63,502 nucleotides of DNA from Octopus bimaculoides (Eukaryota), in assembly GCF_001194135.2 (NCBI RefSeq), contig NC_068998.1, forward strand, positions 20,401,352 through 20,464,853, read 5' to 3'. Positions 50,299-63,445 of the stretch are shown here, in pieces (position 1 is the first letter of the stretch; each line of letters begins with the position of its first letter). The notes under the pieces were generated by a model that saw only the letters and a list, made by a program, of their open reading frames with translations, was not told the origin of the DNA and did no database searches. A program made the position numbers and the translations under genes.

Positions 50299-51462
50299 AT
50301 TATCATATTTTCCATGCTGGCATGGATTGGATGGTAGATATATCTCACGGACTGTAGGTATGTAGTTACGTGTATACATTTAAGATGCAAGCATACCTGT
50401 GATGTTCAGAAGTTCATTTGCAACTTTGTGTTTTTTGGATTCATTCCCACTGTGTTGTGTTTTGGTAGGTGTCTTTTAATATAGGCACTAGGTTCACCGA
50501 TTCCTTGTTAGTGAAATTTGGTTGATGGAAACTGTATGGATACTTGCCATTAATGTATGTGTGTGCATGTGTCTACATGTATTTTTGCATTGACATTACT
50601 TGCACAGCAGTAACGATGTTTATGTATATATACACAGAAGGTCTAACAAATTGGTGATTTTGATATGCAAAGATGAAGACTACAGTACCTGAAAAACAAG
50701 TAAAAGTTACTATCAGGAAGGGAATCTATTTGTAAAATACTGATACAAGATTTTATCCAACGCTACCACCATGGAAAAAAAAAAAGGGAATGTAAATACA
50801 ATGATGATATGGAATATGAAATTCTTTAACATAATTAATATCCATTAAACCAGAATTGGTAAAGAGTATGACAAAAATTATGTATTTGATTTCATTTTGT
50901 GTTCTGAGTTCACCTTCCTGTCTTACTTGATGTAGCTTTTCATCCTACAGAAGTTGATAAAATAGGTACTAGAAATAATCAGTTATAACCTTGAAGACAC
51001 TGTACCAGCATGGACTCGATCTAGTATTAACTGGGGCACATAAAAAGCATCCATTACACTCTTTGAGTGGTTGGCATTAGGAAGAGCACCCAGTCATAGA
51101 AACCATGACAAATCAGATTGGAACCTAGTGCAGCTCCTCAGCTTACCAGTTTCATTCAGATGCTAATTGATGATGATGATGTTGGTGAATATTATGAACA
51201 TTATAATCTAAAGAAAGCTATATTCAGAATTGTGTGATGCATCTCATACATTTTTCAGCAATCATCCTAGCCATTACATCACTAGTAAACTGCCAATTCA
51301 TACTATCACAATGCACACACACACACACACACAATGACATAACATGCACAAACATATGTATGTAGAGTGGAGCATAAAACATCCACACAAATTTGCATCT
51401 AAGGTCGATGTATTTATCACAAACAGACTATAAAGCACATTACTCTTGTGTATGTGTGTATG

Positions 51463-51501
<39 letters not shown>

Positions 51502-52442
51502 TTTCTGTGTAGAAGAGTTGCACTACATAGAGGTTAACCCTTTTGCATTTAAACTGACCACATCCGGCCCAAATATTCTACCTGTTTTATGTTGAAACAG
51601 GTCCGATCCAGTCTCTTATACCTATCCTACACTGTCATTCTAAAAATAATCAATCATATCTTCAAAATCTCAAAGCTACAAGATTAATTCAAAGCAGTGT
51701 GAATCAGTAAGCATTGCATTTGACAGAGTAATCTATATGCTAAATAGTTAAATCATGTGTTTGTGTGATATTTCTCGTTAATCTTGTAATCAGTTCAAAA
51801 TACATTTTGAGATGCTTCAGATCTCGGTTGTTATCAATCTCTCTCCTGTTTTGAATCTACTAAAGGGAGCAAACCCCACTTACCTAACATCATCAACCAC
51901 TTGACTTCACTTAAACATTAACGGTGACTAAATAAACCTACTATAAAACTCTTGCATCTTATAAACATCTTCATCAATAGATACAGGGCTCAAAAACAGA
52001 TGCTGGTGTGAAAAGTAAGCTGAAACCAGCCCATAGTCAAATGCAAAAAGTGCTGCTCCTTAGGGAATTGGTTTTTGGTAATGAAATCTTTGAGGTTGTC
52101 TCATAAACTCCATTTACTATTGTGGTTGATCTAGCTGAAAAGTTTGGTGGTTGTTCAGATGCTGACATCTTCAGAATGTTGTTGTTGAACCTCAAGTCAA
52201 CTATGACTGGGTTGATCCATGATCCAAAGTTCTCCATTCATGAGCAATCTTGTCTTAGGACTAGATTATCCAATGTATCCCTTTTTTTAAAGCAGTAGGA
52301 AGTAACTTGAGGGATATTTTGGCTGCTTACCCTGCCTGTTGTTTGATTGTATAGCTGTTCGCTTGGTTTGCTGTAGAATATTTGGCTTGTTTTGGGGGGA
52401 AATTCAAAAACGGCAAAAATGAACTTTCTTGATTATCTAGTG

Positions 52443-52785
52443 CAGTGGTTCTCAACATCCATATGATCTCTGAGAATCCGTATAAGAATTTTAGTGGGGT
52501 TCATGCAACAAAATAGTAAACTGGGGATCCACAATAGTATTTTAAGGGTCTATGGAAAACTTCTGCTTTAGATATATTGGTATGTATTGCAAGGAACAGC
52601 TAGGTTTCTTTCTCTAACATTTTACATGGTTCGACCTAAACAAGTTAATGTGTGAAAAATGGAATAGGAATTTTGAAAAAAGTATCCATAAAACTAGTTT
52701 TTAAACATTGAATAGCTTTGGGGGCCCACCAGAATAGAATAGTAATCAAAGAGGTCCATAGATAAAAAATATTTGAGAACCCCTG
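52443..52785. mobile_element. hAT (Charlie-like) MITE with 8-bp TSD
   Basis: CAGTGGTTCTCAA ... TTGAGAACCCCTG. Flanks ATCTAGTG/ATCTTGTG (7/8). Confidence 0.85.
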
Positions 52786-54012
52786 ATCTTGTGGATCATC
52801 CCACCTTTAGATCTACAATGTTTGTATTCAAAATCCATTACTATATGAAAGAATTTTGTCCTGCAAGTTACTTGGTGACCCTTTCAGTGCAGGTGCCACT
52901 TAAAAAGCATCCAGTCCACACTGTAAAGTGGTTGGTGTTTGCAAGGGCATTTAGTTGTAAAAACCTTGCCAAAACTGACCTTGCCTGTGCTTGTACCATG
53001 TAAAAAGTAGTAAGTCCACTCTGCTGAGTGGTTGGTGTTAGGTAGGGCGTCCAACTGTAAAAATCATTCCAAAACAGTTACAGAAGTCTGGTGCAGGCTT
53101 CTGCCTGGCCAGCTCATTAAACCGTCCCACCCATGCCAGCATGGAAAACAGACGTTAAACGATGATGATGGTGACATCAAATATTTAATCCATTTAATTC
53201 AAAATGATCCTATGATGTTAACTGTCTCCGGTTTCTCATGAAGGCTCAAAACATATCATGGTGTAATCCTTAGGCCTAAAAGAAGACTTATGAGTCCATT
53301 TCACTCATCATTCCACTATTGTTGCTCAAGGTAGGGCAGGTTTTGCTGGCCACTGCTATTGTGCTAAACACCAAATCCTGTCAGATATTATATTTTTGAG
53401 ACTTTCGCACCGTAATAGAGGATGAAGACCATACAGCTTGGCATAGTAAAATGCCTTTTGGTTGTGGCCACTTGAAGAAGAACTACGATAGATGGATCTT
53501 TGAAAAACTCTCAACCTAGAGTAAAAGCCCTCTTTAGACTGTATCTTCCTTAATGTTGATGTCTTTCAAATATGTCTCAATCTTGTGACTTCATTTAGAA
53601 GCCTGTGTTTTTTCTTTTTCCATGTCTGACCTAACTAGATATTTCTTTTAAAAACTACCTCTACAACAGGTAAATTCTACCAAAATCTTATGCTGTTTCT
53701 TTTTTATCCAGCATGCATATCATCCATTAAGCATTTCATGTCTATTCTAATAACACATCTGTCATTGCTGCACACATTCTTTGCCTCTTTTGTGTGCCCA
53801 GTTGCTTTTTCAACACAATTACTCTGAACCTTTCTATAGGTTAACATTCCACATCTTTCTACAAATTCACCGGATTATACACATTCCTTTCTAATCACTA
53901 AATCCTTTACATTTACATAGTACCACACTCGTACTTCATCTATATATGTATACATACATACCTTTCATCCAAGGAGAAATTTTTTCTAATATATAACCTT
54001 ATATATCTTGTG

Positions 54013-54044
<32 letters not shown>

Positions 54045-55017
54045 CATACGCACATACACGTGTATGTGTGTCGTGTGTCACTCATTTAAGACATTTTGCT
54101 AACAATTTTGTCCTTTGAGCATCATGATTTAAAATTTAGCTGTCATTTATTTTCAAATTTTATAAATCAGACTCAGTATTAGAATGAGAATTATTTGAAG
54201 TAGTATTATGCAGGAATAGCCTGAAGTTTAAAAAAATAATTGAGTAATGCTTGTGCCAGAGAGTACGTTGGTTCAGCTTGGTGGTACAGTGTGATAACTA
54301 CGATATTTATTTCTTAAGAAGATGGATATCTTATTTACTCGAACGTCTATTGTTTAACCCTAACCCAAATCAATTCCGATTGTCCATTTGCGATCATCCA
54401 ATCGACTTAGGGGTATATAGGATTACATTTATCCAGTGTCTTTCCTTATTGAAAGCTGTAGCGTATGAATTGAAGGCGATTTGTCTGCTATTTCTAGCAG
54501 GTCGGCTGACCACTAGACGCTCCCTATTTGACTGACCGAAAGAGTATTAATAGACCCAAAGGAATCATTATACACTTTGGTTCTTTTGAACATACACCGT
54601 TAACATATATTACATGGGTGTAGACAAGCACACAAATCACTCCCACTTAGCATGCTAGGAAGCTATTTGGAACTATTTCTCTGAGAAAAACCTAGTGACA
54701 GTCTACAACGAGTAAAGACAAGCTGACCCGAGTCAATGCCACACACCCAGACTCTGCCAGACCTCATTACAGTCTGGTCTGATGTTCATACACATGTATG
54801 TATGTGTGTTTGTGTCTGTGTGCCTATGTATACTGAATTCGTTATACAGATCGTGAGCGCTAGTATACATACATATATATATATATATATATATCAGGGT
54901 CGTATATCCTGTATGTGTTCCGTGAGCGCTGCATACTTACCAAAGATGGTAAATTTTGTTTATAATTGTGTTCCTGCTATAACCATATCATCTGATCGTA
55001 GTTGTTTTTCCTTACCG

Positions 55018-55068
<51 letters not shown>

Positions 55069-55164
55069 AGAAAGAATATATATACATGTATACACACATA
55101 TATGTACATACTTACATCTACATGTGTATATATATATGCATATCAGGGTACAGGACGTTAGAAC

Positions 55165-55205
<41 letters not shown>

Positions 55206-55600
55206 TGTGTGTGTGTGTGTGGTACATGCTAATGTTTTTCTCTCTCACGCATGGATGTGGGATTTATAAAAGAATTTTAAGTGTGAGAGGAAGAAAAAGT
55301 TCAGTGTCTGAATCGTCGTGGCGCCACTCAGCTAAACTTCACGAAAACTACTGTTACTGCAACATTCTTCGTATATTGGCAGTTACCATCACCACCAACT
55401 TGTACCAACTACACATAATAATACCATTACGTGTTTTCGCATATAGTCTGTACACCTTCACATCCCGCATTCGTTCTACCTGTTCGAGGGATCCTCTACA
55501 AGCTCGCTCGATCTGCTAGAAATAACAGCCCAGTCTTCAAACATGTTATCGTTTTTCGAAGGATCGGATAATGTGATATTTGATACATTATACTCTGTTT

Positions 55601-56276
55601 ACTGTTTACTCTTTTACTTGTTTCAGTCATTTGACTGTGGCCATGCTGGAGCACCGCCATTTAGTCGAGCAAATCGACCCCAGGACTTATTCTTTAGAAG
55701 CCTAGTACTTATTCTAGCGGTCTCTTTTGCCGAACCGCTAAGTTACGGGGACGTAAACACACCAGCATCGGTTGTCAAGCGATGTTGGGGAGGACAAACA
55801 CACACACAGACATACACATACATATATATATACATATATACGACGGGCTTCTTTCAGTTTCCGTCTACCAAATCCACTCACAAGGCTTTGGTCGGCCCGA
55901 GGCTATAGTAGAAGACACTTGCCCAAGGTGCNNNNNNNNNNGCAAATCGACCCCAGGACTTATTCTTTAGAAGCCTAGTACTTATTCTAGCGGTCTCTTT
56001 TGCCGAACCGCTAAGTTACGGGGACGTAAACACACCAGCATCGGTTGTCAAGCGATGTTGGGGAGGACAAACACACACACAGACATACACATACATATAT
56101 ATATACATATATACGACGGGCTTCTTTCAGTTTCCGTCTACCAAATCCACTCACAAGGCTTTGGTCGGCCCGAGGCTATAGTAGAAGACACTTGCCCAAG
56201 GTGCCACGCAGTGGGACTGAACCCGGAACCATGTGGTTGGGAAGAAAACTTCTTACCACACAGCCACGCCTGCGCC
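55601..56276 (-). mobile_element. SINE family A copy, partly duplicated across a 10-N gap
   Basis: 55669-55931 is identical to 55942-56204. Confidence 0.9.
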
Positions 56277-56579
56277 TTATATCTACAAAAAATATATATA
56301 TATAAATAATAATAATAATAATAATAATACTTGTTCGCCACGGCTGGAATGTCGATCCATAGGTCGGATTGATCTGTGCTGACCTGGGGCTAAACAATTT
56401 TTTTTCTATTGTTAGAATGTCTGTTTTCATCTTTTCTTATTGGTCCCCCCGCCCTCTGAAGAATTAGTAGTTACTCTCAATTAAAATACTACAATGTCAT
56501 TTAATCACGATATATAATTTTATTTATTTATTTATTTATTTATTGGTTTGGTTTTATTTATACAACGGTTGTTTATTTC

Positions 56580-56676
56580 AAATACCCTACCGCCGACTTC
56601 GTAAAAGTTGACTTGAACTTCGTGTGTGTAAAAAAAAAAAAATCGCATTGCTAAACACATACATACAATCATGTCA

Positions 56677-56707
<31 letters not shown>

Positions 56708-57010
56708 ACTACAAAAGAAATACTTGTGAGGTTCAAAGTCAACGGGACGGAGCGGGTAACAAGAAGCTCATGTATGTCTGAGTGGGTAGGGGTTAAAATA
56801 CTATATACTATTAGTATTTATTTTTATAATGTCTTTTAGGAATGGTGTCAAAGGCGAACTCCCTCCTCCACTACGTCACTCCTTCCTCGCTAATATAACA
56901 TCGCAAATCATCCTGTTCGGTTCGGTACTGTTTGTAACAAAATTACCCGCTTATATTTACGCGCACACACATGCAACAATTTGTTGTGCGCGCACCTGCT
57001 CACGTATCTG
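56580..57010. promoter_or_regulatory. Candidate CpG-enriched regulatory or promoter-like region
   Basis: Locally more CpG than the flanks. Contains TACGTCAC (CRE-like), GTGCGCGCAC and an inverted GTTCAA(A)GTCAAC pair. No transcript evidence. Confidence 0.3.
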
Positions 57011-57139
57011 TGTATACCTGTACTTACTTATACACATGTACCCTCTCTCTCTCTCCCTCACATACACATATATTTCCATGCATAATTACATGCTAAACAA
57101 TTCTTTATCATCTGTCTGTCTGTCTATATAGTAATAATC

Positions 57140-57405
57140 GGTAATCTTCAAGTTTAGGGTGATAAAAAAAATAAATAAAAATATTCAAGGGAAGTAACTG
57201 AACGTCTTACCAGTATTATCCGTTTTCTTCTAGCTGTTTATAAATAAATTACACCCTAATCCTAACCCTAACCCTAACGTCAATCAAATCAAGTGTGTGA
57301 TTTATTTATAAACAGAGATGTACGGAGAATACTGGTAAGACGTTCAGTTACTTCCCTTGAATATTTTTATTTATTTTTTTTATCCCCCTAAACTTGAAGA
57401 TTACC
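57140..57405. mobile_element. Foldback MITE with ~115-bp TIRs, 9-bp TSD and (CCCTAA)n core
   Basis: GGTAATCTTCAAGTTTAGGG ... CCCTAAACTTGAAGATTACC. GTAATAATC at both 57131-57139 and 57406-57414. Confidence 0.9.
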
Positions 57406-58699
57406 GTAATAATCTATCTATATATATATATATATGTTCATACAAACATATATACGCACACTCATCTGTAAGTGTGGACTTTTTAAAATACACACTGGTA
57501 TGGAACAGAACCTATGTTGAATGCCAACTAAGCTGACAGCTCTATTCTCTCTCTCTCTCTCTCTGTTTATTCCTCCCCATCTCTCTCCCTCTATCTCTCT
57601 ATATCTCTCTCATTCACACACTATGTCTCTCTCTCTCTATCACTTAATGTTTACCATTGCCTCAATTCGTAATAACCGCCAGCTTATAAAAACCTCTTGC
57701 AACTAGTTTCTTTCCGATTTATCTAATTTTCTCTTTCTAACTACATAAAATTCTATTGGTGGTCCTTGTTGTTTTCGTTTTTTTTTTATTTATTTATTTT
57801 CTTTTCCTACATTATTTTCGAGTCTATCCATTATTGTTCACATGGTAACCTACTTTTTACGAGTCTCCTTGTTTTTTCTTTATATATATTTATTATTCCC
57901 TTTCTGTTTCCCTCTCCCACGGCCTACTCTTAGCCTCCGCCAATGTCTCTTGTAATGGTGTCTGTGCAAGTGTTAGCCAGTGGAGTTGTGTAATTAAAGC
58001 TCTGTTCCAGTTGTGTATACATGTGTGTAGGTTATATAGTTTGTCTGCCAGTTACACATGTTTGAATGTGGATGTTTTAACGTTGCGCGTGCATTTGTGT
58101 GTGTGTGTGTATGAATTTCTCTAGATAACATGTTGGTATGTGTGTTCTTTATTTAGTGTTATATATATATATATATANNNNNNNNNNNNNNNNNNNNNNN
58201 NNNNNNNNNNNNNNNNNNNNNNNNNNNNNNNNNNNNNNNNNNNNNNNNNNNNNNNNNNNNNNNNNNNNNNNNNNNNNNNNNNNNNNNNNNNNNNNNNNNN
58301 NNNNNNNNNNNNNNNNNNNNNNNNNNNNNNNNNNNNNNNNNNNNNNNNNNNNNNNNNNNNNNNNNNNNNNNNNNNNNNNNNNNNNNNNNNNNNNNNNNNN
58401 NNNNNNNNNNNNNNNNNNNNNNNNNNNNNNNNNNNNNNNNNNNNNNNNNNNNNNNNNATATATAGATATAGATATGCAGGGCAGGGAATCGTCAATTAGT
58501 AATAAAATTAATAATTAACAATTTTGCCGGGTAGTATGTTGGAGAAGCAGGTTACTGTCAATCCCTATATATTTATGATTATATATATATATATAGATAT
58601 ATATCTTTAAAAAATTTAACAAAAACACAACAAAAGGAAAATTTACAAAAACTTAACAAACGTCTAAAAGATCCTTATAATTTCTCGCCCTTGTTTTAC

Positions 58700-58741
<42 letters not shown>

Positions 58742-58745
58742 GCAT

Positions 58746-58781
<36 letters not shown>

Positions 58782-59720
58782 GCATACCAATCATGGGCAA
58801 ACTGCAGTTCGCAAAACTTTCTATATGGCACGTCTAACGAAAAATTACCGTGGATTTTTTCAGTTGTGCGGTCCGCCTGATGATAAATCATGCCTCATGC
58901 GGCCCACTTCTCGTAAAAGTTGCCCACGCCCGATAGACACCGATGCTGGTGTGGACACATATGGAGCGCCCAAACGTCCGCTTCTCCCAACTACTCTGCC
59001 AGATGCCCTTCCTGTCGTAGAAAATTTTCTGTATGGATTTTTTTTTTCAGGAAGGGGTGTGTCCATGACTTCTTTTTAAGGCCTTTGAGACTAATGAGAT
59101 GTAAGTTATCCTCAAAGCAGAGATCTAGCTCAAATGCTTGCTACTGAGTGGACACTGCTAAATACCAAGAGGTGGTGGTGTTTAACTGAGCGACAGATTA
59201 TGTCTGTCACCTAAGATACGGTGTATCTATTTAAAAAAACAAAACAAACCCAGATTACATACAGTAAATAATGTTATATTTAGGTCTTGCTACAGGTATA
59301 CATGAATGAGTGTAGAAAGGCTTATATCATCATCATCATTTAGCGTCTGCTTTCCATGCTGGCATGGGTTACACGGTTTGACTGAAACTGGTAGACTGGA
59401 GAGTTGCACCAAGTTCCAGTCTGATTTGGCATGGTTTCTACAGCTGGATGCCCTTCCTAGCACCAACCATTCCAAGAGTTTAACGGGTACTTTTTATGCT
59501 CTACTGTCACAGGTGCTTTTATGTGTTAGTTACATGATACCAGCATTGGCTGTGACTACAATTTCACTTGGTTTGACGAGACTTCTCAAGCATGGCATAT
59601 CGCCAGAGGTCTTGGTCAGTTGTCATCGCTTCCTTGAGGCCCAATGTTTGAAGATCATGCTTACTCACCTCGTCCCCTGTCTCCCTGGGCTTACTCTTCC
59701 ATACACACACACACACACAC

Positions 59721-60108
59721 TCTTTTACACATTTCAGTCTTTTGGCTGTGGCTATGCTGGAGCACCGCCTTTAGTCAAACAAATCGACCCCAGGACTTAT
59801 TCTTTAGAAGCTTAGTACTTATTCTATCAGTCTCTTTTGCCGAACCGCTAAGTTACGGGAACATAAACACACCAGCATCGGTTGTCAAGCGATGTTGGGA
59901 GGGACAAACACAGACACACAAACACATACATATATATATATATACATATATACGACGGGCTTCTTTCAGTTTCCGTCTACCAAATCCACTCACAAGGCTT
60001 TGGTCGGCCTGAGGCTATAGTGGAAGACACTTGCCCAAGATGCCACGCAGTGGGACTGAACCCAGGACCATGTGGTTGGTAAGCAAGCTACTTAACACAC
60101 AGCCACTC
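59721..60108 (-). mobile_element. SINE family A, full length, young
   Basis: Highly similar to the 55601-56276 copy. Confidence 0.9.
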
Positions 60109-60117
60109 AAATTTAAA

Positions 60118-60326
60118 AAAATGTGATGACAAAGGAATAAACGATTATCTTATAAACTTCATCAGCTTACAAAAGTTTCTGCTATTATAAGATGCAGTGA
60201 ACTCATAGTTGAGTGCCTGAATAACACCTTGAGGCTCAAATTAAGCTATAAGGTGTTGCTCAAGCACTCTGCTGTAAGCTAATGAAGTTCGTAAAATAAT
60301 TGTTTATTCCTTTGTCATCTCATTTT
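60118..60326. mobile_element. Foldback or palindromic MITE
   Basis: Outer arms GATGACAAAGGAATAAAC...AGCTTACA and inner arms GAGTGC..GA..AACACCTT. Related piece at about 49870-49910. Confidence 0.7.
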
Positions 60327-61454
60327 CTTATCACTCTGTACTCAATACCTCATTCTGATGCATTGTATATTGAGTTCTACACTAAGTTATTAGTATCGCA
60401 ATAATTAAACGCATCTTATTCTGTATATATATATATAGCATACTTAACATGTGTTGTTGAAAAGCGTGAACCTGTTGTTTTTCATTGGGGGAAAATTCCT
60501 TTATATTTATATTAGAAAACAATTTGCTTCAGAGCTAGGTGAAATAAAATCATCCCCAAAGCAACTGTGAGAGTGACATATGTATTTCACTGTTGTTGCA
60601 GCTTGTCCGCGTCACATACTCATGTCACTTCTTAAATAAGATCGAATCCTTTTGTCTGAAGTCTATGGAGATAATGTATAAAGTATACACTAGTTTTCTG
60701 TAGCACCACTAAGCAGAACGAAATTTGAATTATACAGTAGAAGCTTATCTAGAGTAAAATCTTATTCTGTATAACATGTTTAACATGTGAATTTGTCTTG
60801 TTGCAAAGTCAGATGCTGTTTTTTTTGTTTTTTTTTTATCTGGGAAAAATCCTTTTGTAGACATGTTAAAAACAACATAATACACTTCAGAACTATATGT
60901 ATCCTTCCCTCCACTTTTTTTGGTTTTTGTTTTATGTGTATTCTGTTGATCTGAAGAGCTAGCCTTCTGTTAACTGCAATTGTTTGTAAAATGTACAATA
61001 GTACTATGCAATTTGTAACATAAACACAATTGCAGACATGTAAAATAAATTTATACACAGAAATAGATTATTTTTGCATGATGTTGGCAGTGAAACAGCT
61101 GTCACCCTATGGATATCAACTGGTGAAATATATTCACCTCATACTTCTTGATTTTATGCTAGCATGGAAGGTGGACATTAAACGATGATGATGATGATGA
61201 TAATATAGATACATACTTACATACATATATGTGTGGATATATGTATGTATATCATCATCATCGTTTAACATCCGCTTTCCATGCTAGCATGGGTTGGACG
61301 ATTTGACTGAGGACTGGTGAAACCGGATGGCAGCACCAGGCTCCAATCTGTGCGAATATATATGTGTATGTATGATGTCTGCATGTGTGTATGTATGTAT
61401 GTATATATGTGTATATGTATGTATATATATATGTATATACATGTGTGTGTATGC

Positions 61455-61490
<36 letters not shown>

Positions 61491-61981
61491 CTAAATATAT
61501 TTGTATTTATCTATTAAAATTAACAGATGGGGAGGAAATGCAGCTAAAATGTTAAAGTAAAAACATTAAAAAAACCCTCCTCACAACACCAGAGATTGAC
61601 AGTTTTTTCTGTTCTCTTGTGTGCCTGATGTCAGTGACCATGACAAATAATGAGGCCCCTACCTACCCGTGCCCTACATAAAACAATAAACTTTCAAATG
61701 ATAATCATCATGGTATAACGATGTACATTCCAATCTCTTATGTTCAGAGGTTTTATTATCTTCTTTTCAGTATAGGAATCAACAGGTTTTGTCTCCACTT
61801 GATAATATGTACTTTTGGCTCACTGACTCACTCACTAGATGAGCAGTCTGAAAGATTGAAGACAGGACTAAAACTTGTAGAAAAAAAAAAGAAAGAAAAA
61901 ACAAAAAACAAATACAAATTAAAACTTTTAAATGTTTCTTCATCAGAGAAATAGTCTTTTATTCTGGTGATTAAAAGTTAA

Positions 61982-62189
61982 CCCTTTAGCATTCTGTCAA
62001 ATGTAATGCTTATTTATTCACATTATTTTGAATTAATCATGCATTATCTTGTACCTTTGAGATTTTGTTGTGATTGTTTATTTTTAGAATAATCATGTAG
62101 GATTGGTGTGAGAGGCCAGATCAGGCCAGTTTGAACATAAGACAGGTAGAATATTTTGGCCGGATATGGTTGATTTAAATGTTAAAGTG
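61982..62189 (-). mobile_element. piggyBac-like MITE copy
   Basis: TTAA at 61978-61981 and 62190-62193. Homologous to 2368-2578. Confidence 0.75.
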
Positions 62190-62701
62190 TTAAGGGATTT
62201 ATTTGGAAAAGTTAGCCTCAATGTAATTCATTGGGAGATATACTAACGTTCATTGGTTCTATCATTCTCTCTCTCCCTTCTCTTTTTCTCTTTCTCTTTC
62301 TTCTGTTCTTTCTTCATCTCTGTTGAGTTGAAAACCAAGTAAAATGGAAGTAAGTGAGATTCACAGCTAAAAATACAATTCACTGTTTTTTGGTTTACTG
62401 GAAATAATCTGGGTTCAGAACTTGGTAGATTAAATGAAATTTTATACTATATATAAATGTAATTGTAAATGTGTGTGTGGTGTTGTGTATGTATGTGTAT
62501 ATATATGTATATATATANNNNNNNNNNNNNNNNNNNNNNNNNNNNNNNNNNNNNNNNNNNNNNNNNNNNNNNNNNNNNNNNNNNNNNNNNNNNNNNNNNN
62601 NNNNNNNNNNNNNNNNNNNNNNNNNNNNNNNNNNNNNNNNNNNNNNNNNNNNNNNNNNNNNNNNNNNNNNNNNNNNNNNNNNNNNNNNNNNNNNNNNNNN
62701 N

Positions 62702-62900
62702 GTAGCCATCTGGTTTCACCAGTCCTCAGTCAAATCGTCCAACCCATGCTAGCATGGAAAGCGGATGTTAAACAACGATGATGATTATATATATATCATC
62801 ATCATCATCATCGTCGTTTAACGTCCGCTTTCCATGCTAGCATGGGTTGGACGATTTGACTGAGGACTGGTGAAACCGGATGGCAACACCAGGCTCCAAT
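62702..62900. repeat. Tail-to-tail inverted pair of (GAT)n-tailed elements
   Basis: The arm at 62702-62785 is nearly the reverse complement of 62804-62887. Confidence 0.9.
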
Positions 62901-62939
62901 CCATTTATTTATTTATTTATTTATATATATAATTTTATA

Positions 62940-62972
<33 letters not shown>

Positions 62973-63224
62973 AATTGGCACTGGCATAGTTGTATGGTTA
63001 AGAAGTTCACGACCATGACTTTTGATTCCGTGCTTTGTGAGTGACTTGGCCTTTCATATTTGTGTGCGTCTGTCTCACTGCTTGAAAAACCATTGTAGTT
63101 TTGTTTTCATCCCTGCAACTTTGCAGGATAGTAGAAAAGAACCAATAAAATAAAAAAAAAAACAAATGAATCACACACACATACATGATGCATAAGCATT
63201 ACTTCCCAACTGTTTATCTGTATG

Positions 63225-63256
<32 letters not shown>

Positions 63257-63274
63257 AGTATATGTAAGTGTGTG

Positions 63275-63445
63275 TGAACCGATGGTGGTGTGTTTATGTC
63301 CCCCCGTAACTTAGCGGTTCGGCAAAAGGGACCGATAGAATAAGTACTAGGCATCCAAAGAATAAGTCCTGGGGTCGATTTTCTCGACTAAAGGTGGTGC
63401 TCCAGCATGGCCACAGTCAAATGACTGAAACAAGTAAAAGAGTAA
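63275..63445 (+). mobile_element. SINE family A, 3' half
   Basis: AACCGATGGTGGTGTGTTTATGTCCCCCGTAACTTAGCGGTTCGGC...ACTGAAACAAGTAAAAGAG. Confidence 0.85.

Noticed and set aside
19820-62781. ORFs containing X runs
   Set aside because: They are open only because they cross N gaps.
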